From assembly GCA_002269645.1 (NCBI GenBank), contig NIVC01001166.1, positions 124,001-188,000 on the forward strand: DNA of 64,000 nucleotides, in the 5' to 3' direction. A model generated the notes under the pieces. The model searched no databases. It was not told the origin of the DNA and worked only from the letters and a program-made list of their open reading frames with translations. Position numbers and translations under genes: made by a program. Positions 23,141 to 38,024 of this stretch are shown here, piece after piece (position 1 is the first letter of the stretch; each line of letters begins with the position of its first letter). This DNA is from Macrostomum lignano (taxonomy: Eukaryota).

Positions 23141-26100
23141 ATGATGGCATCCGCGTCAAATGCGGACGCTCAGATGATAGCAGACGATGTCCCGGAGCTG
23201 GACGCTGAGCTCACCACCGAGCAGCTTCTGGACCTGTGTCGCCGGCAGACTGACCGGGTTGACGCCCTGCTGCACCAAGCGCTCGAACAGCGCCTGCGGC
23301 TGCTGCTCAGGGAAGAGCGGGTGGTTGGCTTGGCCGATCGATTTGGCAGCGAGTTGCAAACTTTTGCCAAATGTTCGGTCTCGGACAATGTAGATTAATT
23401 TTTGCTGCTTTAACTTTGCTAAGCAGTTCGCAGCTATTCAATTCTATGATAAAATGCATTGGCTCCATCGCACTTCCATTGTTGTCCAATCGATTCTCTA
23501 TGCGGCTAATCGCAATACGGGACGCCGGCCGACTAACAATAGAAACATAAAATGCCTACTCATGCAAGTAGTCAGGATCAAATATGCAATAGAAATATAC
23601 AATTAATGAAAAAATTATAATGCTATGTGAAACACCAGCCAAAGTTTTTCAGGAGCAATCCTCACCGCAAACTGATGTAATACGCGTAAAGCATAGGAGC
23701 CTTCCCTTGTCGAATCGAAAAGCCACGTACAGAAAATCGGGAGGGGGCGATCGTTGGGCGCCATCGGGGCGCCATCGGGAGGGGTACCATCGAAGGGCGC
23801 CATCGGGAGGGGGTGCCATCGGAGGGCGCCATCGGGAGGGGTGCCATCGGAGGGCGCCATCGGGGGCGCCATCAGTAGGGGGTGCCATCGGAGGGCGCCA
23901 TCGAGAGGGGGTGCCATCGGAGGTCGCCATCGGGAAGCGCCATCGGGGGGGGTACCATCGTGGCGCCATAGGAGGGCGCCGTCTGAGGAGTCTAATCAGC
24001 TGGCAAGGTGGCGCCTTAGCTTTTTCCAGCGGCTACATCAAAAAATAAATAAATTTGTTTTGCTATCGAATTTTCTCCGTTTATTTCTTTAACTGCTTAT
24101 TGTCAGCACGGCGGGCACAATTTCTGTCTCAGTTGAAGTGTTTCCAATAGGTGCACTTATCCTTTGGATTTAAGCTGCTCGATAGGCCACAGTTGAATGC
24201 TTGGGCAAACTCTTTGTTTTGGGACATGCCCAGGTTCACTCTGGTTTCCTTGCGGATGGGCCCATTGAACTGTTTGACAGCCGCACCTGAGCTGTCGCGT
24301 CTGTACATGAGCTGCACTGCTACAGTGAAGAACATCTGCTTGTGTAAATGTTTTACATATCGCATCATCACATTACCCCAGTCCAGAAAAAAGTGTCTAA
24401 AACTAGCTGACAATTTTGCTTCACCCAAGATTCTATTTTGATAAACTAAGCTATTCTTAGACTCAGATGAGCAGTTCGAATCAATCTGTCGTCAAGTTCC
24501 GAGGTGGTTTGACCACAGACTGCATGGCTACAGATGAGCGATCAGGAAAACTACGCTATTCTCATGCATGCACTACGCATTCCGGTCAATAAAGCAAGTT
24601 GAACAAACTCCAGCTCTCCAGAACCTAAGTCACGGATCCCGCCAAGGACTCCGATGTGGCACCTTCGGTGCTGGACCAGCTTAATGTGCTCTCGGCACGA
24701 ATCGCGGCATTCGAGGAAGTTTTCCGCAGCTTGGACAGCCTGTCGGAGACGGCGCCGGCCATCGGGCACCGGGTGAAGGGCAGCGTGGGCCTGCTGTCCG
24801 CTGTGTTCGATGAGCAGTGCTCGCTGCTGCTGGCCGGCACCATCGGGCGCAGGCTGCGCTCGGTGGCAAACCGGCCGGGCCATCACTGCGACATCTACCG
24901 ATCGGTGCTGGCCACGCGCGAAGTCATGACCGGGAAGCCCGACTGGGCGGCCGTGCTAGACAAGTACCCGGCCATACTCAGCCCCATTGACAGGTGGGTT
25001 GGGCAGTTAACTGCAGTTCGCTTCGTGCGGTGCTTTCACAAACTCGAAATTTCCCATCATGTAGAGTTACCCGTGCTTTTTTAAATGAATATACCTGTGT
25101 CAGTCCCGCTTTTTGGGGTGTCACTTTCACTTCCGTGATGCCTGCAGTGTGCTCAATGTGTTTTAGTGTTGGAAGTGGTCCAGAGCGGCGCTCTGATGTG
25201 CCAGCGGCCCAGGCTCGATTCCAAGTGCAGCCAAATTAATTTGGAGCTAAATTGGAATCTTGACTCTCTGCTCGTGCAATTAACACCATTGAGGGCCAAC
25301 CCCCAAGGCGCAGTGAAGTGTACATGCCTAACGATAAATAAAATTAGGGCCGCCGTGCACTCCTGTGTGCCTGCTCAGGGGAGTCGACGGAGTGGGTAGC
25401 GATGTCTCACGCCGGTTGTGCGACAATGTCCCTTAAAGTGCGCCAGGGTGCACACAGCCCCTGCCTCTAACTAAAGTATTAATGCTTACCGGCCCGCAGG
25501 TTCCTGTACCTGTACCGCTGTCCCGCCTGCGGCCCGGATCCCACGGACAACTGCGCAGGCGACCAGATGCGCGCCGCGCTCAATCAAATCGACGCCCAGA
25601 TCGCGTGGTACCGAGGCGGCGGCTGCCCGTATCAACGCCAGGTGCACGAGAGCCTTCTGCAGCTGCGCGACTGGCTGCGGACCAGACTGAGGCCCGGCCT
25701 GCCCTGGCACGACCTGTCCCAGCGGCTGGCGGACCGCTACGCCCAGCTGGACAGCTGGTCCCGCGTCTGCTGCAGCGCCGTCTACGCGGCCGCTTGGCGA
25801 ATCATGCGGGCTGGCGTCTACGCCGACTCCACTGCCGCCGCCATGTTTCTGCTGCACCCCAACACGCAGCACGGCAGGTCAGTTTGGCCTGTCCAGCCCT
25901 GCTGCTCCAGTCCACTCCAACCAGCTCCAACCAACTCCAACCAGCTCCAACCAACTCCAACCAGCTCCATTCCAATCCAACCTGCTCCAGTCCACTCCAA
26001 CCTGCTCCAGTCCACTCCAACCTGCTCCAGTCCACTCCGACCTGCTCCAGTCCACTCCGACCTGCTCCAGTCCACTCCGACCCGCCTTAGTCCACTCCAC

Positions 26101-27269
26101 TTTCCCAAGTCCATTCCACTTGCCCAAATCCACTGCAACATGCCCTAATCCATTCCACTTGCCCAAATCCACTGCAACATGCCCTAATCCACTGCAACAT
26201 GCCCTAATCCACTACAACCTGCCCTAATCCACTGCAACCTGCCATAATCCACTGCAACCTGCCCTAATCCACTGCAACTTGCCATAATCCACTGCAACCT
26301 GCCATAATCCACTGCAACCTGCCCTAATCCACTACAACCTGCCCTAATCCACTGCAACAGTGCTACATGCTTTGCCCCCAAACCAGATACCTGCACAGCA
26401 CTTTTCTACGCGATTTCGGCCAGCTACGCGCCGCCTACCTGAGCGGCGCCGTCACCTGGGAGAAATTCGCCCTCGTCCTGCAGTCGATGGACGCCCAAGT
26501 TGCGACTTTCAGCGCCGCCAACGCGCCAGTCGAAGCCGAAGTTGTGAGACGCGCGGCGCACCGCTACAAGCGCCTGCTGAAGGTGTTCGCTCGCTCGTTC
26601 GACACGGACGCTTACTATTTGCGGACCAGCCAGACGGTCCAGCAGGAGGCCGAATTGGCTGCCAAACTGCCGCGGCTGATGCCGTTCAAAAATCGGCAGG
26701 CCCTCCTGGCGGAAGCTGCCGCTGAAGGCGAGGATGCGGAGGAGGTTGAAGACGAGGACGCCAAGAGCGACTCGCCGATTCTGGAGCTGCGCCGCTACCT
26801 CACGGAGCAGCTGTCAGCGGCTGAAGGAGGCCGCCATCGCGGCTGGCCGGGGCACCGGAATCGTCGGGACGGCGACGGCGACGGCGACGGCGGCAGCAGC
26901 GGCGGCGGCGGCGACGGCGACGGTGACGTTGTTCAGCAGCGACGTCTTAGCGAGTCGACAAACGAAGCGGAATCCAGGGGCGGCGGCGGCCGGAGCGGCG
27001 GCTTGCGAACGCTGAAGTTTCTGAAATCGATGCCCCAAGAGCGGCTGGCCCGGCTGGTGCAGCCGGGCGACACGCTGATGCCGCTGCTGCAGCGAATCGA
27101 GCGTCACCTCGGCCTGGTGCAGGACTGCCTGGACGACTTGCCGCGCAACGGAGTCGAGCCGCTCACCGTAGCGCAGCAGGCGCGGCGCCGAAAAATCAGC
27201 GCCGATGTCAACCTTCTGCTTGGCTCCGTGGCCCGCCTCATGCGGCTCTCCGCGGCTAGGCAGCGATGA
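23141..27269 (+). CDS. Hypothetical protein, 4 exons (23141-23320, 24647-24993, 25500-25877, 26387-27269), about 595 aa
   Basis: GC-rich exons with compatible phases (0, 2, 2). Donors are GTGGTT, GTGGGT and GTCAGT; acceptors are AAG, CAG and CAG. The spliced frame is continuous (e.g. PIDR|FLYLYRCPACG and NTQHGR|YLHSTF). The exon 1-2 junction is the least certain. Confidence 0.7.
23755..23985. repeat. Degenerate GC-rich short tandem repeat (GCCATCGGAGGGC-like) in intron 1
   Basis: About 15 recurrences of GCCATCG(G) separated by G-runs. Confidence 0.85.
24129..24488 (-). pseudogene. Peptidase M13 (neprilysin/ECE)-like C-terminal exon or fragment, probably non-catalytic
   Basis: The translation ...KQMFFTVAVQLMYRRDSSGAAVKQFNGPIRKETRVNLGMSQNKEFAQAFNCGLSSSLNPKDKCTYWKHFN* matches the M13 C-terminal pattern QLFF...RVN..LSN..EFA.AFNC...S.MNP..KC..W. 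No upstream M13 exons were recognised in the window. Confidence 0.65.
25900..26360. repeat. Two adjacent 20-bp minisatellites (TCCACTCCAACCTGCTCCAG; TAATCCACTGCAACCTGCCC) filling intron 3
   Basis: Tandem units occupy almost all of intron 25878-26386. Confidence 0.92.
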
Positions 27270-27445
27270 CCGAGTGGCCTGAGACTTTTTACCTTCCAGT
27301 GTGTTAAATAGTCTAGCTCTTATTAACGAAATATTAAAACATTTTCAGCTGTATTTTGTAGTGGCTACTACTGTACTAATGCGTAGCTTGTTTTTTCACT
27401 TTTCTGTTGAATGCAAAGTTGAAAAGTGTGCCAGTAGTGACCTTC

Positions 27446-28172
27446 GAGTGTCAGGAGTGTCAGGAGTGTCAGGAGTGTCAGGAGTGTCAGGAGTGTCAGG
27501 GGTATCAGGACTGTCAGGAGTGTAAGGGCTGTCAGGAGTATCAGGACTGTCAGGAGTGTCAGGGCTGTCAGGAGTATCAGGACTGTCAGGAGTGTCAGGA
27601 CTGTCAGGAGTGTCAGGACTGTCAGGAGTGTCAGGACTGTCAGTAGTGTCAGGACTGTCAGGACTGTCAGTAGTGTCAGGACTGTCAGGAGTATGGGGAG
27701 TGTCAGGAGTGTCAGGAATGTCAGAAGTGTCAGGAGTGTCAGGAGTGTCAGGAGTGTCAGGAGTGTCAGGAGTGTCAGGACTGTCAGGAGTATGGGGAGT
27801 GTCAGGACTGTCAGGACTGTCAGGAGTATGGGGAGTGTCAGGACTGTCAGGACTGTCAGGAGTATGGGGAGTGTCAGGAGTGTCAGGAATGTCAGAAGTG
27901 TCAGGAGTGTCAGGAGTGTCAAGAGTGTCAGAAGTGTCAGGACTGTCAGGACTGTCAGGAGTATGGGGAGCGTCAGGACTGTCAGGACTGTCAGGAGTAT
28001 GGGGAGTGTCAGGAGTGTCAGGAGTGTCAGGAGTGTCAGGAGTGTCAGGACTGTCAGGAGTATGGGGTGTCAGGACTGTCAGGACTGTCAGGAGTATGGG
28101 GAGTGTCAGGAGTGTTAGGAGTGTTAGGAGTGTCAGGAGTGTCAGGAGTGTCAGGAGTGTCAGGACTGTCAG
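27446..28172. repeat. 9-bp minisatellite (GTGTCAGGA/CTGTCAGGA)
   Basis: Direct tandem units; the long ORFs over it are low-complexity artefacts. Confidence 0.95.
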
Positions 28173-28428
28173 GAGTATCATGGGTTTTCGTGTCGCTGAT
28201 GTAGTAGTTTTCAATGGCCTTCCAGCTTCCAGTAGTTGATTACAGCTTCTGGGGCGTTGATTTCCAATCAGTTTAAAGGGCTAAAAATAAATTCAAACAT
28301 TACTAATCTATGGCAACCAGGGACAAGTTGAAAGGGAAATACCTGCAAGAGAAAGAACTGGCATCAAATGCGTGCCTGCTAAGGAACCGACGGCTTAAAC
28401 TGAATATTTGTTTTGAAACCCAAGCATC

Positions 28429-31143
<2,715 letters not shown>

Positions 31144-31189
31144 CTTGGGTAACACTGAAATTCGTAGTTTTCTGTCAATAGAAGTTTTG

Positions 31190-31460
31190 GTAGAAATATC
31201 GGTAGAAATGTCGGTAGAAATGTCGGTAGAAATGTCGGCAGAAATGTCAGCAGAAATGTCGGCAGAAATGTCGGCAGAAATGTCAGCAGAAATGTCGGCA
31301 GAAATGTCGTCAGAAATGTCGGCAGAAATGTCGGCAGAAATGTCGGTAGAAATGTAGGCAGAAAAGTCGATAGAAATGTCGGCAGAAATGTCGGTGGAAA
31401 TGTCAGCAGAAATGTCGGTGAAAATGTCAGCAGAAATGTCGGTGAAAATGTAGGTAGAAG
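31190..31460. repeat. 12-bp minisatellite (AGAAATGTCGGC)
   Basis: Tandem units just after the stop codon of the preceding ORF. Confidence 0.93.
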
Positions 31461-32347
31461 TGTAAAAGTGTCGCATAACGTGTGGATAGCAGAATTTCTT
31501 GAACCTGGAATTCATTACAAGACTAGTACTTGTGGTAACCCACCCCTCATCCTCCTCATTTTAGGTTGTTTTCTGCTGAAGAAGTCGCCATTTGAAGCCT
31601 TCTGTACCATTATGGACATTTCTTGTTTTTTTCGTTCTCAAAGGCTTCAAGCTTTAGTTTGCAACATTCTGTTCTATATTTTTCGGATATGCGTCATTTT
31701 TCAGTCACAAGAAAATACAACATTAACGGCATACAGATTTTTCTGCACATTAGTTATCAAAAGAAATTTTTGTTTGTAGATCCTGTATTTGTTAAGTATA
31801 ATGATCTGGACGCGTCACTAGACGCACTCTTACTTTCTACTTCAGGACAGTAGTATCATTCTCAGTTCCATATGAAATAAGCGTCAATTTTCTATTGGTT
31901 AGTTTATCTGCATTCAAGCCTATCCTTGAAACTGTACAGTGTACATTAAGGGTCTTACTATTTGAAATGTACATTAGTTCTGATAAGAAAAATTTTGTTG
32001 GCTAGCTATTCAGACACTTTAAAATATCTGTCGCTTTCTCTACTGGCTACTGAATAGAGAGGCAATTAAGTTATTGTGGGTATTGCACATAAACTGGTTA
32101 GAAAATCCGATCGATAAACCCACCCCGCCATTCCTCCTCGCCCCCGCCTTCACTAAGCAAACCAACCCCTACCGCTGGACTGTCTGCCAGCCAATGGGAA
32201 TCAGGTGACCCTCCCTCCCCCGACCCTCAACCCCCACCCCACTCCGCGGCGTGCCGGTCTCTGACTGCAGATAAGGCAGGCTTTGCAATGGATATCAAAG
32301 TGGATAGTGTTTGAAGACCGTCAAGTCAATAGCAAACTTGATTCACG

Positions 32348-33226
32348 ATGGACTCCACTCCTAACTCGCCGTACGCCTCAACGCCCGTGCAGGCTCAGCA
32401 GGCTCAGCAACAGCAAGTGTCCCGACCTCGTCGACGGAGCTCGTTCGTTCGCTGCTATAACTGCGATCATTGGTTTGGCTGTGCCCAGCAGCTGATGGAG
32501 CATAAAACTGCCGAGCACCCTGTGGCGGAGGCTGTGCGTAGAATGGGACTGAAGATTGTCAAGGACAGAGAGTCTGGTAGCACCACCGCCATCATACCGA
32601 CCAGCGAGTCTCCGGCAGATTCCCTGCAGCAGCAGTCACAGCGTCACAGGCAACCGCCGCCTGCGCCAGTGCCAGATCTTCAAGAGACTGAAGAGCTGCT
32701 CGACCAACTTAAACTCTTGTCGGTTGGGCAGCGATCAAAGCGGCGTCAGAGCCGTGTGCATCAACTGCAGCAGCAGCAGCAACTGCAGCCGCAGCCGCAG
32801 CCGCAACAGCAAAAGCAGAAGACGCAACGACGACGCACGACTCTGGACTCGCCAGACACCGCGGCCGCAGCAGCCGCAGCCGCCGCCGCCGCAGCCGCGG
32901 CCGAAGCTGCCGCCTCCCAGCCGCCAGTGTTTGCCTGTCAATGCGGCGCTGTGCTGCCAGACCTACCCCTGGTCAAGCAGCTGCACATGCGGACCACACA
33001 CGAGTCGCCCGTGCCCTCCCAGCTGCCCCAGCACCATCAGTTCCTGCCGCCGCCTCCGCCGCATCCGCAAGCCATGTTCAGCATGCTCCCATTGAGTCCT
33101 TGCTCGCCCTCCTGCTACCCAATGCACCATCATTCGTCAGTCTTCTTGCCAGCAATTGCCTACCAACAGCAGCAGCAGCAGCCATCAACCCCGACCTCAT
33201 TTATCGGCTATGCATTCCAGCAATGA
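32348..33226 (+). CDS. Gln/Ala/Pro-rich protein with two atypical C2H2-type zinc fingers (292 aa)
   Basis: Single ORF containing CYNCDHWFGCAQQLMEHKTAEH and FACQCGAVLPDLPLVKQLHMRTTH, plus polyQ/polyA tracts. The exon is GC-rich and flanked by AT-rich DNA. Confidence 0.7.
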   Translation: MDSTPNSPYASTPVQAQQAQQQQVSRPRRRSSFVRCYNCDHWFGCAQQLMEHKTAEHPVAEAVRRMGLKIVKDRESGSTTAIIPTSESPADSLQQQSQRHRQPPPAPVPDLQETEELLDQLKLLSVGQRSKRRQSRVHQLQQQQQLQPQPQPQQQKQKTQRRRTTLDSPDTAAAAAAAAAAAAAAEAAASQPPVFACQCGAVLPDLPLVKQLHMRTTHESPVPSQLPQHHQFLPPPPPHPQAMFSMLPLSPCSPSCYPMHHHSSVFLPAIAYQQQQQQPSTPTSFIGYAFQQ

Positions 33227-34409
33227 TAAACATTCATGTATCACTGAGGTGTAGTAGTTGCTGCTGTGAATCAATTTTTTATTGAAAACTTTATCGCATT
33301 TTATCGGCAAGTTAACTAATGCTTGTCCGCGGATGTTGTAACACAGATTATTTATAATTATTTTTATGCTTTTTATTGCTGACCAAAATCATTCTGATTC
33401 TGCATTCGACTATCGTGGCTACTGCCAAGTAGTGTACTCGGTGAAATTGGCACAGTTTGCTCTCAGACATTTTCTTATGTTATTTTAAATAGAAGTATCT
33501 TCTTCATCTTCTATTCTGTCTTGCAGTGTTTTAGCAATCATCTCTACTGTTTTACTGAGCTTGCAATTGCGCTCAAAAAACCGCTCGAGCAGACTCGCCG
33601 ATTCTGGCATCATTTTTTATTGTCGCCGTGATTTTACAGCTCTACAGTTGCCAAATAAACAGCCAAAGTTTGGATAAATATTATTGGCGACTCGGGCGAA
33701 ATTCGAAACTACAACAGAAGCCTGTCTGTCTTCTCTCTGGCCTGAGATTTGTCAGTTGAGCTGCTATCGTTTGTTTGTCTGCTGAGAACTTGCTATTTTT
33801 CCGGTGTAGGAGGAAAATTAATCGTGACAAGGAAAGTCTTCAGTTGTCCCCGCCACTTTGATCTACGAGAGCCGAGCGACTGCGTCGTGATGCGCCGGGA
33901 AGCAAAGCAGTCACGCGGCACGCGAGGTAGTCAGATTGCAGCAAGCGCATCTGCTGTATTCAGTTAATCAGGGTTTTAATCAGCAGTTCTCAGCTCTGAT
34001 AATTATTTGCTGACGATTTGCACTGCAGTCTGTACGAGCTAACTCGGAGCAAAATAAGGAATTTGAATGCAAAAACTGCATAATAAGGATTCAGCATTTG
34101 CTCCTGCTTTGATCTAAGCAGATAAAAAATATCCAAAATCCTCTGCCGATGTGATCCGCTCTTTTGCAGAATTGAGCATGGGATTATTAGTAGGTGAAGT
34201 TGGGAGGCTTACCTGAGATGAGGATTAAATCTCAGAATACTTAACACAGAACGCAATCACAGAACACAGAATCTCAATCCACTCGTTAATTAGTAAATTG
34301 ATGAACCAGTTGAACCAGTCTGATGGCTAGTTGGGAAGTGGGATCTGAGTTCTTTAGGACAGGGACCTGGGATTGGCTATAGATGGGATCTATGGGAGAT
34401 AGGATTATT

Positions 34410-35050
34410 TAGAGATGAGATCTGAGCTTATTGAGAGATGGGATCTGAGATTATTAAGAGATAGGATCCGAGATTATTGAGAGATGGGATCTGAGATTAT
34501 TGAGAGATGGGATCCGAGATTATTGAGAGATGGGATCCGAGATTATTTAGAGATAGGATCCGAGATTATTGAGAGATAGGATCCGAGATTATTGAGAGAT
34601 GGGATCCGAGATTATTTAGAGATAGGATCCGAGATTATTGAGAGATAGGATCTGAGATTAGTGAGAGATAGGATCCGAGATTATTGAGAGATAGGATCCG
34701 AGATTATTGAGAGATAGGATCCGAGATTATTGAGAGATGGGATCCGAGATTATTTAGAGATAGGATCCGAGATTATTGAGAGATAGGATCTGAGATTAGT
34801 GAGAGATAGGATCCGAGATTATCAAGAGATAGGATCCGAGATTATTGAGAGATGGGATCCGAGATTATTTAGAGATAGGATCCGAGATTATTTAGAGATG
34901 GGATCTGAGATTATTTAGAGATGGGATCTGAGATTATTTAGAGATATGGGAATCCGAGATTATTGAGAGATGGGATCCGAGATTATTTAGAGATATGGGA
35001 ATCCGAGATTATTGAGAGATGGGATCCGAGATTATTTAGAGATGGGATCT
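34410..35050. repeat. 23-bp minisatellite (GAGATTATTGAGAGATAGGATCC)
   Basis: Period of 23 read from the sequence (e.g. 34561, 34584). Confidence 0.93.
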
Positions 35051-35487
35051 GCGAGCTAGGATTACTCCGGGATGGAATCGATCTGGTAAAAACGGAAGAG
35101 GTTATTCGGGTGTAAAAGTCAGAGATAAGATGAGAATGCTAAAAAATAGTGGCATACGAGTATACTCGTAAAAACGGACTGACACTCACTGTGTAAGGAC
35201 AGAAAATTTCATGACGAAGCAAAACATTTTTTGCTAAAGGGAAGGCCGCTGGGAATGCCGTGAGCACGATATGAGTTGGAATTCGGCCGAATTCGTGAGC
35301 AAGCAGCTAACTTCGGCTAGAAGAGACGGCAGGGATGGCGCGCGAACTCAGCCCTCAGCTGCTAGCGCCATTGGCCCGGCGACCCCCAGCCCAGGCAAAA
35401 GGCAGAACTTGATTTCTGTCTGAGTTTCATATATAAGACTGCTGTCTGTTCAGCTAGACACTGAGACGGACACTCAGACAGGTGATC

Positions 35488-35950
<463 letters not shown>

Positions 35951-35966
35951 CACACGGGTATCCGCA

Positions 35967-37241
35967 ATGGCCCAGTCCAAAATTTCAGTGACGCTGTGCC
36001 TGACAGCTGGTCTGGCGCTACTGTCGGCGCTGCTCAATTCGATTCTGCTGCGCGCCCTGTTCAGGTTGCGGCCCCGCCAGCGAACCTCCGGCATGCTGAG
36101 CCTGAGCTGCCTGGAGGTGGCGCTCAGCCTGATGCTGGCTGGCGCCATGCTGAGCCACGCCTGGGAACTCCGGGGCGTCGGGGCTGCCGCCTCGATGCTG
36201 CTGCTGAACTCGGCTCATGCGCTGCAGATGGCGCGTAATCACTGGCTGGTGGCGCTCAGCGCCATCCGCCTGGCGGCGCTGGTCCGTCCGCGAGGCAACG
36301 CGGCGGCCGCTGCCACCGCGGCAGCTTCCGGCCGGGGCCGGTTCGGCCGGGCGCGCCAGCTGGCGTTGCTGGCCAGCCTGGTCATCGTCTCAATCGTCAC
36401 ACTGTTTGCCGTCGCCGTCGGCTTCGAGAAGACCGACTCTGGCGACGAGATGGACGGCGCCGATTCGGCGCCAGACGGCGCCGGGACCGTCTGGAACTCG
36501 TCGGCGATGGGAATGTTCATGTCCGAGCAGGCCTTCAACTGGACGGAGTTCCAGCGCGGCGCCCGCAGCCTGCTGTTGAAGTACTCGGTGTTCTCCGCTG
36601 TCGGCGTCCTTCTGCCTGGCCTGGCCGTCACCGGCATCACCGTCAAGACCGTCTGCATCCTGCGTGCCGGCCGGCTGCTGCACCCGGCCACCCGGCGCAT
36701 CACCAAGGCCGTGGCGCTGCTGTGCGCCGCCTTCGTGGCCTGCCAGTTCCCGCTGGCTGCCGTCTACGCCGCCACCGCCGCCTACCTGCTGAGCCTCGCC
36801 GACGCCTCGGCCGATCGCGCGCTGTCGGTGGTCGTCCTGCTGGAATCCGTCAGCCACTGGAGCCTCGTGCTGGTGCCGGCCGACTCCTGCCTGACCTTCC
36901 TGGTGCTGGCCCGCTACAGCCGGCACTTCCGGGCCCTCTTGTTGGGCCGCCGCTGCTGCCGCTGCTGCCATTGGGTTGAGTCTGCCGACGGCGAGCACCT
37001 CGCCCTGGACGCCGCCGTTGCTGACCGCGAAATCCAGCAGCGGCAGCGCCGTCTCAGCCGACACCAGCAACGCCAGAGTCGGCGCAGGCAGCACCTGCAG
37101 CTCCGGGCCGGTCAGGACCAGCCGGAGTCCCTGGCGATGTTCCAGCTGACCAGCGCCAACCAGGTCACCGCCGGGGTGACTTCGCAGTTCTCTGAAGGCG
37201 CCGAAGGCGGAGCTCCAGTCGAGGCTGAGACGGCCAACTGA
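35967..37241 (+). CDS. Divergent rhodopsin-like (class A) GPCR, peptide-receptor-like, 424 aa
   Basis: Seven hydrophobic segments. TM3-like ARNHWLVALSAIRLAALVRP; TM6-like TRRITKAVALLCAAFVACQFP; TM7-like VPADSCLTFLVLARYSRHFR. An N-terminal exon may be missing. Confidence 0.8.
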   Translation: MAQSKISVTLCLTAGLALLSALLNSILLRALFRLRPRQRTSGMLSLSCLEVALSLMLAGAMLSHAWELRGVGAAASMLLLNSAHALQMARNHWLVALSAIRLAALVRPRGNAAAAATAAASGRGRFGRARQLALLASLVIVSIVTLFAVAVGFEKTDSGDEMDGADSAPDGAGTVWNSSAMGMFMSEQAFNWTEFQRGARSLLLKYSVFSAVGVLLPGLAVTGITVKTVCILRAGRLLHPATRRITKAVALLCAAFVACQFPLAAVYAATAAYLLSLADASADRALSVVVLLESVSHWSLVLVPADSCLTFLVLARYSRHFRALLLGRRCCRCCHWVESADGEHLALDAAVADREIQQRQRRLSRHQQRQSRRRQHLQLRAGQDQPESLAMFQLTSANQVTAGVTSQFSEGAEGGAPVEAETAN

Positions 37242-37454
37242 GCATTGAGCTGCCCGGCGAGACGCTCGTGACAGAGTTCGGAGATTGATGACAAAAAGAA
37301 TCAAAAGTACATGCATGCGTGAAACACCTCTGAGTGACGCTGTGAGGCTGACTTGTCCAGCCCTCGAGCAATATTAGCTAACTTTGCAAATACACTGTCT
37401 GAAAATTAAAGCTTCTGATGCATCGTGTGCAAATCTGGGTCTCTGCATGAGAGC

Positions 37455-38024
37455 AGCATACCAGCTACTGTCAGTGCATAACAGCTACTGTCAGTGCATA
37501 ACAGCTACTGTCAGTGCATAACAGCCTCCATGCGTAACAGCCTCCATGCATAACAGCCTCCATGCATAACACCCTCCATGCATAACAGCCTCCATACATA
37601 ACACCCTCCATGCATAACACCCTCCGTGCATAACACCCTCCATGCATAACACCCTCCATGCATAACACCCTCCATGCATAACACCCTCCATGCATAACAG
37701 CCTCCATGCATAACACCCTCCATGCATAACACCCTCCATACATAACACCCTCCATGCATAACACCCTCCATGCATAACACCCTCCATGCATAACACCCTC
37801 TATGCATAACACCCTCCATGCATAACACCCTCTATGCATAACACCCTCCATGCATAACACCCTCCATGCATAACGCCCTCCATGCATAACACCCTCCATG
37901 CATAACACCCTCCATGCATAACACCCTCCATGCATAACACCCTCCATGCATAACACCCTCCATGCATAACACCCTCCATGCATAACACCCTCCATGCATA
38001 ACACCCTCCATGCATAACACCCTC
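37455..38024 (+). repeat. 16-bp minisatellite (GCATAACACCCTCCAT), left arm of an inverted pair
   Basis: Tandem units, preceded by three related 20-bp units. Confidence 0.95.
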
